Under the pieces are notes generated by a model. That model did not search any database. It worked only from the letters and a program-made list of their open reading frames with translations, and had not been told where the DNA came from. The position numbers and the translations under genes were made by a program. A stretch of 64,000 nt of DNA from Dendrobates tinctorius. Lineage: Eukaryota. The DNA lies in contig NW_027361960.1 in NCBI RefSeq assembly GCF_039654945.1, positions 12,276,001-12,340,000 of the forward strand, given 5' to 3'. This document shows positions 13,977-26,065 of the stretch, piece after piece (positions within the stretch are counted from its first letter, which is position 1; the number at the start of each line of letters is the position of its first letter).

Positions 13977-14394
13977 TATACAAGGAGGAGGAAGAGGGAG
14001 CCATGTATATACGGAGGATGACGAGGGAGCCATGCATACAACAGGGGGAGCTACACATAGTAGCACAAAGCGCAATGTGACTAGACAGACTACCAAGATC
14101 AAATCTTCTGCAGGCAAATCTTCATATTCCCGGAGGGGCTGCAGGTATTAAATTTATGCTCACACGTTATCACTGACACTCAGTTGGGGATTTTGGCCAA
14201 GGGCCTGTCTTTTCTCCCACTAATTCATTTAATTATTTTACAGCCGTGAAGGACCTGCACTTATTCTCCTGAAAATTACTTTTGAAGAAACTTCACAGCA
14301 AAAACGTGTCGCAGGAACCCATGAGTGAGATTGAAAGAGAAGCACTTCATAATTTGGAGGATCTCCTTGCCGAACAGGCTGGTTTACAACCAAG

Positions 14395-16398
14395 TTGGTT
14401 TCCACCTTCTATCCTGCCCAGATCCACGAGGTTCCCCCCTTGTCTCTGAGTCCGGCTATTGAAATCTTCACAAAAATTGTATCTGAGGATTTCAAGAAAT
14501 TGTCTACTAGACAGCGATATGACAATTTGACTCATAAAGAACACCAAGCCCTTGCACAATTGCAATCTCTTCCTGATGTGGTTTTTAAACCAGCAGACAA
14601 GGGGGGACATCGTGATCTGGCCCCAAGTTAAATATTACCGGGAGGCCTTCTGTCAATTGAGGGACCTCAATACATATATCAAACTGTCTTCAAATCATGT
14701 GACCTCCTTCTCTCTCGATCTCCAGTGTATTCTTATTGGGGTGTTGGATAATAATGTCATCACTAAAAAAGTTTTTGATGGCCTTATGACCAAATGCCCC
14801 CAATTCCCCACCTTCTATCTATTGCCTAAAGTCCACAAGGATGCCCTTGACCCCACAGGGCGTCCAATAGTATTGTGCATTGGGGGCATATGTGACCCCA
14901 TTTGTCAATTTATTGACTTTTACCTTAACTTTTTGGTGGAAATGTTACCATCTTATGTTCGTGACACTACTGATGCCCTTGTGGACAATGATACCTTACT
15001 CGTGACTGCTTACGTGGAGAGTCCCTACACCTGCATAAACCACTCACAGGGTCTTGATGCGGTTTGCCTCTTCCTGGGGGCTTCTGATCTGGACAGACCC
15101 TTATGTGAGCTCATCCTTGAGCTGCTGTACATTGTCCTTACCCACAATTTCTTTGTATTTAAAGATCATTTTTATTTACAGAAATGTTCCCGGGATAGAT
15201 TCATTTTTGGCAATGGGGGCGCTCCGGCAGCTTCCCATGTGCTGTGCTGGTACACATATATTGAGGACATCTTGTTTTTGTGGGATGGGATGGTGCAGCA
15301 GCTCAAGGATTTTATGATGGTCTTGAATCAGAATTCATTTAACATCCACCTTACTTATAGTTTTGACTCCAGAAAAATCAATTTCTTGGATGTCGCTCTG
15401 AAGGTCGACAATGTGGGTTGTATCCAGATGGACGTCTATAGAAAACCTACATCAGTTAATGCTCTGATTCATGCATTGTCTGCTCACAATCCTTCCACCA
15501 TCAGGGCCATCACGGTCAGACAATTCCTACGGATGAGGCAAATATACTCATCAGATGCTAAATTTGAGGCACAAGCCTCTGATCTAAAATCACAATTCAT
15601 TGCCCGTGGATATTCTCGTAGGTGTATTAAAAATAGTTATGATAGACCCAGGAAGACCCCACGCAGTAGTCTCTTGAATTCTAGGAAAGGCTGTGTATGA
15701 ACGGGTAGGGATGGGCTGATAAGGTTTATTTCTACCTACAACCATGAATGAGAGAATATGAGGCAGGTCCTGATTAAGCATTGGGCTATTTTGGGCGCTG
15801 AACCCTCCCTGGGAACTCTTTTAGGAAATTTTCCATCTATGACCCCTAGAAGGTCAAAAAACCTAAGTGATATCTTGGTTAGCAGTCATTACATCCCGAC
15901 CCCTGCAATTCCTTTGGTTCTAGTGGCCCGATTTTGGAATCTATACTGAGGGGCCATTGCCTCGCCTGCACAAATATCCTGCTCTGTACCACTTTTCATT
16001 CATCGGATGGTAGTAAACAATTTGACATTAGACATCGGATATCTTGTAGCAGTGTGAATGTTATTTGTTTTGCCACATGTGGTTGTTCTAAAATTTATAT
16101 CGGCCTTACCGATAGGGAGTTGAGAGTGCGCGTACGTGAACATGTGCGGGATATTTATGCGGCCAAGTCAATGACCGACCCCTCCCTTCTAAAAACTATC
16201 CCATGTCACTTTGGACAATACTTTATCTGTGAGGCCAAGACCCTCATTGTCGGAGGGATTGATATGATACATATGGGTATTTGGCATGCATGATCACAAA
16301 AAAACTCTGGCACAGGTTGAAGCCAAGTGGATTACAATTTTGGATACCTTGACCCGTAGAAGTCTGAATGAAACATTGAGCTTTTCTTCCTTCTTATA
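14395..16398 (+). pseudogene. Penelope RT + GIY-YIG endonuclease, frameshifted
   Basis: ORF pieces 14395-14631, 14552-15700, 15758-15949 and 15934-16293 carry the successive motifs. Confidence 0.88.
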
Positions 16399-17379
16399 AT
16401 ATCGACCGTACAGCATGATCCATAAAACCATTTGTTTCTTGCTAGTCCACAATGACAACACCCTTTTTTGTCCGGGTGTTTCTGTTCTTTGTCTATTTGT
16501 ATATATTTTTAATCACTATTTTTATTTGTTCTTATTTTTTCATCCATGTAGTGTGACGCCAAAATCTTTTGTGCCTTCATTGATCTTCATTACATCTGGC
16601 CTAAGGGTCTAATTCTCAGCATATCTACAATCAACCTGTTCATCAAGGAATTCTTCCTAAACTAGTTGCCTTAATTATGTTTTTTGATTGTTTGTTATGC
16701 TTATATTAATGATACTGCCCCTTTAAATGTACCCTTTTCAACATCTCTACTTGAGGTCCAGTGGCTGAATGCATGCGTGCTGTTGTTTTCGGTGCCCAGC
16801 GTACAGCTGGGCGTCCTTCCGTGCGCGATTGGGGATTTCTTCTCCTTCTCCCTGCGCATGCACATTAATGCTGGACGCCTTTGCTGTATCTGCCGGGACC
16901 TGGAGGAAGCAGCGCGCATGAGCCTAATGAACCGCTGTGATTGGTCCATTACGGACTATGTGACATTGTCACATGGTTTAAGAAGGTCCTGTTTGCACTA
17001 CTGTGGTACTCCCCTTGAGAAAGTGGTATGTCAGGCTGGTTTCACACTAGCGTTTTATCGCGCAGCGCATTGTGCGCTATTGGGCACATGCGCAATGTTC
17101 CCCTATCTCTAACATGGCAGGCGCAGTGTTTATCAATTGCACGTGCTTATCAGCGTTTGCGTGCTCTGCGCATTTTCCAGGTGTGCGTCCATACGCGCCA
17201 TACGCTACATGTTGCATTTTTTGTTCCGCCCAATATCGCAAAAAAATCGTGCTCACACGTGTGCGCACGGTATGCGCAAAAAAATAGCATTAGTCTATGG
17301 GGTTGCAGGCGTGCGCTTGGATGTGTGCACGTCAGCACTTTTTGCGTGCACGCGTTTTGAGTAAACAATGTCTAGACAC

Positions 17380-20300
17380 TAGAGTTGAGCGATACCGTCC
17401 GATACTTCAAAGTATCGTATCGGATGGTATCGGCCGATCTTTAAAAAAAGTATCGGTATCGCCGATTCCGATACCGGAAGTCCCATTCAAGTCTATGGGA
17501 CTTCCGGTATCGGAATAAGAAAAACCCTTTCCTGCCCTTGTACAGCCTCTCTGGGGTCTGTACGGGCCTTTCGGGGGGCTGTGCCGGCCTGCCAGGGGGT
17601 CTGTGCAGGCTCCGGTGGTCTGTGCCGGCCTGCCGGTGGTCTGTGCAGGCTCCGGGGGGCTGTGCCGGCCTGCCGGGGGGCTGTGCCGGCCTGCCGGGGG
17701 GCTGTGCAGGCTCCGGGGGGCTGTGCCGGCCTGCCGGGGGGCTGTGCCGGCCTGCCGGTGGTCTGTGCAGGCTTCGGGGGTCTGTGCAGGCATCGTCCGA
17801 TGGGACTACAAGTCCCATCGGGCGATGCCTGCTACCATGACAGTGATTGACACATTAGCCAATGATGGGACAGTAGTAGTCCCATCATCCGGCTAATGTG
17901 TTAAATGTAAAAAAAAAAAAAAAAAAAAAATTACATGCTACATACATACAACATGCATACTACATACATGCTACATTCATACTACATACTACATACATGC
18001 TACATTCATACTACATAAATACTACATGCAACATACATACTACATATATACTACATGCATGCTACATACATACTGCATGCTACATACATACCACATATAT
18101 ACTACATACATACTACATGCATGCTACATGCATGCTACATGCTACATACATAACACATATATACTACATGCATGCTACATACATACTACATGCTACATAC
18201 TACATATATACTACATGCATGCTACATACTACATGCTACATACATACTACATATATACTACATGCATGCTACATACATACTGCATGCTACATGCATGCTA
18301 CATACATACCACATACATACTACATACATGCTACATATATACTACATGCATGCTACATACATACTACATATATACTACATGCATGCTACATACATACTAC
18401 ATGCTACATGCATGCTACATACATACTACATACATACTACATGCTACATACATACCACATATATACTACATACATACAATACATTCATACAATACATACA
18501 TAGACATACAGTACATATAACATAGAGTAACATACTTACCAATACTTGTCACATTGTTCCCCGAAGCCATTGTCTTTTCCGGAATAAATATTAACATAAC
18601 AAACCACAAAAATACTCACCCACGATCCGAAGCAGTCCACGAGTGTGTCCCACGACGATCTTGGGTAGAGAACTGCAGCATCAGATGATGCTGCCGTTCT
18701 CTACGGGCTGCAGGAATCCAATGACGGAAGGTAGGTATCCTTCCGCACTGTATTCCTCCGCCACTTAAAAAAAAAAAAAGTCCCTAGTCTCACTTTATGC
18801 CATTGCTGTGTGGGAAATTCCCACGCAGCAATGGCATAAAGTGAGACTAGGGACTTTTTTTTTTTTAAGTGGCGGAGGAATACAGTGCGGAAGGATACCT
18901 ACCTTCCGTCATTGGATTCCTGCAGCCCGTAGAGAACGGCAGCATCATCTGATGCTGCAGTTCTCTACCCAAGATCGTCGTGGGACACACTCGTGGACTG
19001 CTTCGGATCATGGGTGAGTATTTTTGTGGTTTGTTATGTTAATATTTATTCCGGAAAAGACAATGGCTTCGGGGAACAATGTGACAAGTATTGGTAAGTA
19101 TGTTACTCTATGTTATATGTACTGTATGTCTATGTATGTATTGTATGAATGTATTGTATGTATGTAGTATATATGTGGTATGTATGTAGCATGTAGTATG
19201 TATGTAGTATGTATGTAGCATGCATGTAGCATGTAGTATGTATGTAGCATGCATGTAGTATATATGTAGTATGTATGTAGCATGCATGTAGTATATATGT
19301 AGCATGTATGTAGTATGTATGTGGTATGTATGTAGCATGTAGTATGTATGTAGCATGCATGTAGTATATATGTAGTATGTATGTAGCATGTAGTATGTAT
19401 GTAGTATGTATGTAGTATGTATGTGGTATGTATGTAGCATGTAGTATGTATGTAGCATGCATGTAGTATATATGTAGTATGTAGTATGTATGTAGTATGT
19501 ATGTGGTATGTATGTAGCATGTAGTATGTATGTAGCATGCATGTAGCATGCATGTAGTATGTATGTAGCATGCATGTAGTATGTATGTAGCATGCATGTA
19601 GTATGTATGTAGTATGTATGTAGTATGTATGTAGCATGCAGTATGTATGTAGCATGTATGTAGTATGTATGTAGTATATATGTAGTATGTATGTAGCATG
19701 TAGTATGTATGTAGCATGCATGTAGTATGTATGTAGCATGTAGTATGTATGTAGCATGCATGTAGTATGTATGTAGCATGTATGTAGTATGTATGTAGTA
19801 TATATGTAGTATGTATATAGCATGTAGTATGTATGTAGCATGCATGTAGTATGTATGTAGTTTTTTTTTTTTTTTAACATTTAACACATTAGCCGGATGA
19901 TGGGACTACTACTGTCCCATCATTGGCTAATGTGTCAATCACTGTCATGGTAGCAGGCATCGCCCGATGGGACTTGTAGTCCCATCGGACGATGCTTGCA
20001 CAGACCCCCGGACATCAGCACAGCCCCCCGGCAGGCCGGCACAGCCCCCCGGCAGGCCGGTACAGACCCCCACAGGGTGCACAGACCACCGGCAGGCCGG
20101 CACAGCCCCCCGGCAGGCCGGTACAGACCCCCACAGGGTGCACAGCCCCCCGGCAGGCCGGCACAGCCCCCCGGCAGGCCGGTACAGACCCCCACAGGGT
20201 GCACAGACCACCGGCAGGCCGGCACAGCCCCCCGGCAGGCCGGTACAGACCCCGGGCAGTCCACACAGCCCCCCGGCAGGCCGGCACAGCCCCCCGGCAG

Positions 20301-20515
20301 GCCGGCAGAGACCCCCGGAAGGCCCGAAATGACGGCGCATCATGATGCGCACACACCGCGCATCATGATGACGTCAGTCTGTCAATCAACTTTGAACTTC
20401 CGATTCCGATGCCGAATTCCGATATTGAAAAAATATCGGAAGTCGGTATCGGAATTCCGATACAGCAAGTATCGGCCGATACCCGATACTTGCGGTATCG
20501 GAATGCTCAACACTA
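17380..20515. mobile_element. Non-autonomous hAT-type element with a giant internal palindrome
   Basis: Perfect 8-bp TSD ctagacac (17372-17379, 20516-20523). TIRs tagagttgagc / gctcaacacta. Confidence 0.9.
17560..20320. repeat. Long inverted repeat centred on 18817; each arm has a GC-rich minisatellite, a (CATA/CTA)n microsatellite and a near-perfect ~300-bp core
   Basis: Centre gtgggaa-a-ttcccac. 18500-18816 is essentially the reverse complement of 18818-19135. Confidence 0.95.
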
Positions 20516-20790
20516 CTAGACACTTGTTTAAACCTCCCCCTAAGCAAGCAACATTGGGAGGAGTGTAGATAAAAGAAGGTGTCTTCAGAGCCATACCACT
20601 AAAGACTTGAAGATAAGAGCAGCTACAGACAGCAAAAGAGGAGCAGCTACAGACAGCCTTAAATAGAAGACCAGACAAGAGCCTTGGATTCAAGCTTCAG
20701 CAGCCAAAATATGAGCATTCTTCAACATAATGTCTGTGTGTCCTGTACAATTTATTATGTACTAATGTTTTTTTTTGTTTAAATTTCAGC

Positions 20791-21343
20791 ATGTCTTCTT
20801 CTGAATCGGCCTATTCGCCATCCCAGGAAGAACTGACCCAAGCTGATCGTGAGGTGAGGATCTTGCTGCCTTTGGGTAAGTATAGCTGCTGCATCTAAAA
20901 ATGTGTAATAATTTTTTTTCTTTGCAGACATCGGACACGGCAAGTGAAGGCGAAGAGCAGGAGCAGCCTAGCCAAGCCGCGGCGAGGAGACGTAATGTAA
21001 GTATATAGTCTTTCAATGTCCCTTTGTTGTTGTTTTTTTTTCTGTCTTTATTTTCATTTTCTATCTTGCTTCTTCTCTGTTTCTTTTTCTATCTTTTTCA
21101 TTCTCCCAAATTTCCAAGATTATAATTTTTTTGGTTTGTTCTAGGTTCCACAATGGGATGAAGAAGACGTGTACATCGACAACGAGCGCCTGATCCGCCT
21201 TGTTGAGGAGCGTATCCCATTGTGGGACAGCCATGACCAGCAGTACAAAGACACAGTGGTGACCCGGCAGCTCTGGAATGAGGTGGCCGCAGCGATGATG
21301 GATGGCTGGGACAGCGCCTCTCCCACTTCAAAAAAGGCGTTCA
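20791..21343 (+). pseudogene. Harbinger MADF/Myb-SANT-like DNA-binding gene, first three exons only (20791-20853, 20928-20996, 21145-21343)
   Basis: GT-AG introns. IDNERLIRLVEERIPLWD..YKD..TRQLWNEVA is a MADF helix pattern. Downstream exons present in copy 2 are absent here. Confidence 0.8.
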
Positions 21344-21349
21344 GTAAGT

Positions 21350-21725
21350 ATAAAGCTGCTCTGTGATGCTGCATTGACTCTTGGTCCTGATGGTACAGGT
21401 GTGTTTGTAGCAAGATATATTCTTGCATCAAACACACCAGTGCCCTCTGGATCAACAGGGATTGCTTTGTGTATTGGACTGCTGTATTGATTCTGTTTTA
21501 ACTCTTGCTCTTGAAGGTACAGGTGTGTTTGTTGCAAGATATATTCTTGCATCAAACACACCAGTGCCCTCTGGATCAACAGTGATTGCTTTGTGTATTG
21601 GACTGCTGTATTGAATCTGGTTTTATTCTTGCTCCTGATGGTACAGGTGTGTTTGTTGCATGATATATTCTTGCAGGAAACACATCTGTACCATCAGGAT
21701 CAACAGTGACCGCTTTGTGTCTAGA
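21350..21725. repeat. About 120-bp tandem repeat in the MADF intron
   Basis: ggtacaggtgtgtttg..caagatatattcttgca occurs three times. A homologous array lies at 44560-44860. Confidence 0.85.
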
Positions 21726-22550
21726 ATTATTTTGTGATGCCGCATTGACTGTTTGGAAAGGTCACTCAGGTTTGTGTGCTGATAATGATGTTGGCATCAC
21801 TATTTTTGAGACAAGGCAAGGGGATTGTAGATATACCTTGTAATTAACCACATACTCTATTAAGTGTGTGTTGAATAAACTGATGACATGATGGTGAAAA
21901 TAAATGTTATATTTACTTCACCAATATCCTAGCCTTGTATCATAACTATCACACCTGGGCAGGTGAATACACATGAGTTTTAACCTGCAGCGTTGCTTCA
22001 GTCTCCATATATTTGAAGCAAACTGTAGCGATGCTGCAGTTTAAGTCATATGTGTATTCTCCTGCCCATGTGTGATAACTTTGTGAAGTCAGTATGCGTT
22101 AGTTTGTGCGTCCTCACCAGCATGACACCAGGCCTGGGTATTGTAGATGTTATATAAACTTTATTATGTCTCCAGTGTGCGTTCAAACTCAAGCCACAGT
22201 GGTGATCCTACAAATAATATTTATAGTCACATGTGTAGGTGTCATAAAAAGTGAAGGATGCCAGTGCATCCACAAATCACTATTTGTAAAATCGGCCCAT
22301 GTGACACAAATATTAGTTGTGCTAATTGAACACACACTGTAGAGATGATAAAGGTCATACAACTTGTGTGTGTATGTATAGTCACCTGGTCAGGAGTACT
22401 AGTAAATTCATGATGCACAAAACACAGCATCATAAATTCACTGGTAAACCAGGCCAGTTGATAATAGTATTGGGAGTATAAAAAGACATAATGCACTCAG
22501 TACAGGTATCAAAACAGTGTTTTTATTAACATACCAACAAGAAAATTGTT

Positions 22551-24027
22551 TTACACCATTTGCTCTTGCCATTCCACCCGTCCTACATCTGAGTTGACTT
22601 AGGCCGCAAATTGGTCCCTCATTTGGCCAACTTCAACCGATGACCTGAGAGGGTGCTGAGTAAATTCAGGCAATGGATTAGGAGCAACATCATTAAGATC
22701 TAAGTTTGGGTGCTCTCTAGCCATGACAAAATTATGTAGAACCACACAGGCCTTCACCACCTCATCCACTGTTTCCAGTTTCAGATTAATGGCTGTGCCG
22801 AGAATGCGCCATCTGGATACAAGTATACCAAAGGCACACTCAACAGTTCTTCTGGCCCTGGTCAGCCTGTAATTATATATTCTTTTGGTGTGGTCCAAGT
22901 CCCAGCTGGAGTAGGGCTTGAGCAGGTTTTGGCACATCTGGAATGCCTCATCCCCAACCATTACAAAGGGCTATGGGGGACCTTCGGTGTTGGGAAGAGG
23001 CTGCGGCTTGGGGAAATTGAACTGGTTGCCATACAATCTCCGGCCCATGTCTGAGTTCTTAAAGGCCTGGGAGTCATTCTCATGGCCAAATGCACCAATG
23101 TCCACTGCAAAAAACATACAGTCTGCATCCGCAATGGCCATGAGTACAGTAGAAAAGTACTTTTTATAGTTGTAGTACTCAGATCCAGTTCTTTTTGGCT
23201 TGATAATCCGGATGTGTGTCCCATCAACCGCTCCCAAACAGTTGGGGAAATTGCAGACTGTCCAGAAATTTTCAGCGATTTCCAACCACTTTTCTGCGGT
23301 GGGCAGGGGCATGAATTCTGGACAGAGAACATTCCACAAAGCCCGGCTGGTGTCCGCTACAATTCCAGACAACGTGGATATTCCAATACGGTACTGGAAG
23401 TGGAGTCAAGAGAGGGTCTCTCCAGTAGCCAGGAATCTGGGAAACCAAGAAAAAACAAAAATTATTATTTATGTATATGGATTTTTAAAACACCAAAAAT
23501 AAAATAAAATAAAAAAAATTCATAAAAATACATCTGCAGCCTTTTGTTCACTACATGCCATAAAAAAAATACCCGCAGCCTTTTGTTAACTACATGGCAG
23601 AACTATAATTCTGCCAGATTTGGAATAGTGCATGTCACAACAAAGAAAAATGCAGGCATTGGTTTTACAATACTACGTACCATAATGTAACCAGGAGCTG
23701 TTCCTCAGGAGTAATCGCATGCCGGAGCTGCGTGTCCTGTCTCCGGATGGCTTCTTGGACACAACCAAGCAAATCGTTAAAGCTTTCTTGGGACATCCGG
23801 GTATAGTCAGTAAATTTCTCCGGGTTTGCCTGTAGCTCACTGTAGAGGGTGTGGTACGCTCCACGGCTGTCCCGGAGTTCAATAATGGCATGTATCGACA
23901 AACGCCGCCGCTGCCGTCTTCGCTGTCTCTCTCTCTCCCTTTGTTGATGGCAAGCAACTGCATAAGCCTGAGCCATCCTGATGTCCAGATCCAAGTAAAA
24001 GTAAAAACTCTTCCAGCGCAGATCCAT
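22551..24027 (-). pseudogene. Harbinger DDE transposase (HARBI1/DDE_Tnp_4 family), two exons, disrupted
   Basis: FPNCLGAVDGTHI, YYNYKKYFS, GDEAF, RARRTVECAFG. Stops near 23407 and 22599 and a frameshift near 22975. Confidence 0.92.
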
Positions 24028-26065
24028 GTTTCACAAAGGAAAATGCAAGCAAATGAGAAGAATTCAGCTGTAAACAGGGTCTATATAAAGAATTCCCATA
24101 ACACACGCCCACTGATGTCCCATAGGTGGAGTCTGTTTCAAGAATTTTTCAAGGATTTTTCTCCTGTGAAATGTGACACCCAGACTACCATTGCGCATAA
24201 AAAACGCAAACGCATGGAAAACCGCTTACAAATGCTGCGATTTTTTTGTCGTAATATGCACAATAATGGCACAAAAAAATGCAGCGTTTGCACGCATTTT
24301 TGACATGCATTTCATGTGCGCTCGATACGCTGTGCAAAAAGGCGCAAGTGTGAAACTAGCCTCAGACACGCTAAACGTGTGTCGGGGTTCATTCACCTGG
24401 TCTGGGGTCCCTTCCTCCTTTTATTTGGTAAGCTTTACCTCCCTCAATGTGATCATTTCTGATCTTTACCTTTCTTATGGTGTAATCTGTCTTGGGGTAC
24501 GTACCTTTGCCCACCTATTTAATCATTGCACTTGCACATTATGTATTTATGGGATTGATATATGGTGGTAATAGGAGGAATGCATGACCCTGGAATTTCT
24601 GCTGTTATCCTGCTGTTGCATCATGTCACATTTGGTACTTTGATGTGTTTTTAATGTATTTTTCAATAAATTTGATTTTTTACTCCATTCACCTGAGTGC
24701 TCCTTTTTCTCTTTCCATGCATGTTATTCTTGGAGCTGGAGTGTTCTTCTCCTTAGGGTTGGCCACTACTTAGTACAACCACTTGGCATCTAGTATGTAT
24801 TGTTTACATAGCAGGACAGGACAGGCGGAGCCACACAGAGCAGGACAGGGATGAGGGGACAATACATATCCGGCTTATACTCGAGTCAATAAGCTTACCC
24901 AGTTTTCCATGGCAAAATTAGGTGCCTCGGCTTATACTCGGGTTGGCGTATACTCGAGTATATATGGTATTTGGTAACACTGTGTCCAGAACAACCCGAT
25001 CTATAAAACGATCACACTATTTAACTCCTTCAGTGAACACTGTAGAAAAAATAAACAAGTGGGAAAAACTACGATTTTTCACCATTCTGCCAAATAAAAA
25101 GTGGAATGCACAATCAATAAACTGGTGTGTAAATAAAAAAAATATCCTTGAAAGCATGATCTTGTCCTGCAAACATCAAACACTCTCTCAGCTATGTCAG
25201 AAGAAAAATAAAAAAGCTATAGTTCTGAAAATCTGGTGATGCAAAAACAATTTTGTTTCTATAAAATTGTCTTTATTGTCTAAAAGTGGCAAAATATAAA
25301 AACTCGGAGAATAAAGTTGTCTTATCCTTTTTGCCAATGAATGGCATAAAAAAACATTCCTGAATTGACATTTTTTTTATTCTGCCTCTCAAAATTCAGG
25401 ATAGAAAGTGATCAAAAAATGTTATATACATTATAAATGGTGTAAATAAAAACTTCAACTTATCCAGAAAAAAACAAGACCTCAGATAATTTTGTTGGCA
25501 GAAAAATAGAAAAAAGTATCACTTAAAATATGGTGATGCACAAACTTTTTTTTGTAAAATGAAGCATTTTTTGTTGACTGATAGTAGCAAAGCTGAGGAA
25601 AACCCTGTATAAACCTAGTATCGCTGTAAATTGTTATGACCCAAAGAATGAAGCTGTCTTTTATACCGCCCAGTGAACGGCATCAAAGATCGCAGGAAGG
25701 CTCCGTTCACATTCGTCCTTTTCTCTATGCTGAGATGGTTTCCATCTAAATCGCTGAAATGCGTGACTCAGACAAAATCATCAAAGGAACATTCCCTATA
25801 ATAGAGGCAGATTGTGTCACTTTGGTCTCTGGCCTATTTTCTGACAGTGTCCATCTTTTTAGGCCTGCACAAAAGCACAGTCAACCAGTTTCGTGCAGCA
25901 CTGAAATGATGGACACCTCTGACATTTATTATGTGTTTTAAACACATTTTTTGGCACACTCGAGAAGAAGCAGAATAGGGGTCTAGTCTAAATTAAGATA
26001 CTCTGCACCAACATTGCCCCAAATTTATGCCATAGCAATATCTGGTGTTAACTAATATTAGATAG

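Larger units (their letters stand above)
17034..24361. mobile_element. PIF/Harbinger transposon copy 1 (defective two-gene element)
   Basis: TIRs ggctggtttcacactagcg / cgcaagtgtgaaactagcc. 3-bp TSD TCA at 17031-17033 and 24362-24364. Convergent MADF and transposase genes. Confidence 0.93.
14061..24805 (+). mobile_element. Penelope-like retroelement (Neptune-type architecture), 5' truncated, pLTR interrupted by a Harbinger element
   Basis: KPADKGG, FYLLPKVHKD, GRPIV, YIEDILFLW (YIDD), INFLDV, VYRKPT, then a CxxC linker and GIY-YIG-like NVICFATCGCSKIYIGLT..RELRVRVREH. Confidence 0.88.
2785..24967. mobile_element. pogo/Tc1-mariner-type MITE whose ends are separated by nested insertions
   Basis: TIRs ccgtatatactcgtgtata (2785) and tatactcgagtatatatgg|ta (24967). 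Internal hairpin 2954-3036. Related ggagccatgcatac-type repeats at 12730-12957, 13977-14060 and 24806-24870. Confidence 0.65.
2404..25690 (-). mobile_element. Older diverged TTAA-family element, split by a 22-kb nested stack (own sequence only about 2404-2784 and 24968-25690)
   Basis: Starts TTAA|cccc. The join ...aaattacacat + tttggtaacac...gatctataaaac matches the reverse complement of 7900-7985 in the younger copy. Confidence 0.6.

Noticed and set aside
17898-19887. Long His/Thr/Tyr/Ile-rich ORFs (117-259 aa) on both strands
   Set aside because: Translations of the mirrored (CATA/CTA)n microsatellite; open in several frames because the repeat lacks stops.
17407-20568. Pro/Gly/Ala/Arg-rich ORFs at 17407-17896 and 19935-20568
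   Set aside because: GC-rich minisatellite translations in multiple frames.
14055-24811. acatag on both sides of Penelope copy 1 as a TSD
   Set aside because: Only 6 bp in low-complexity minisatellite context with uncertain element boundaries.
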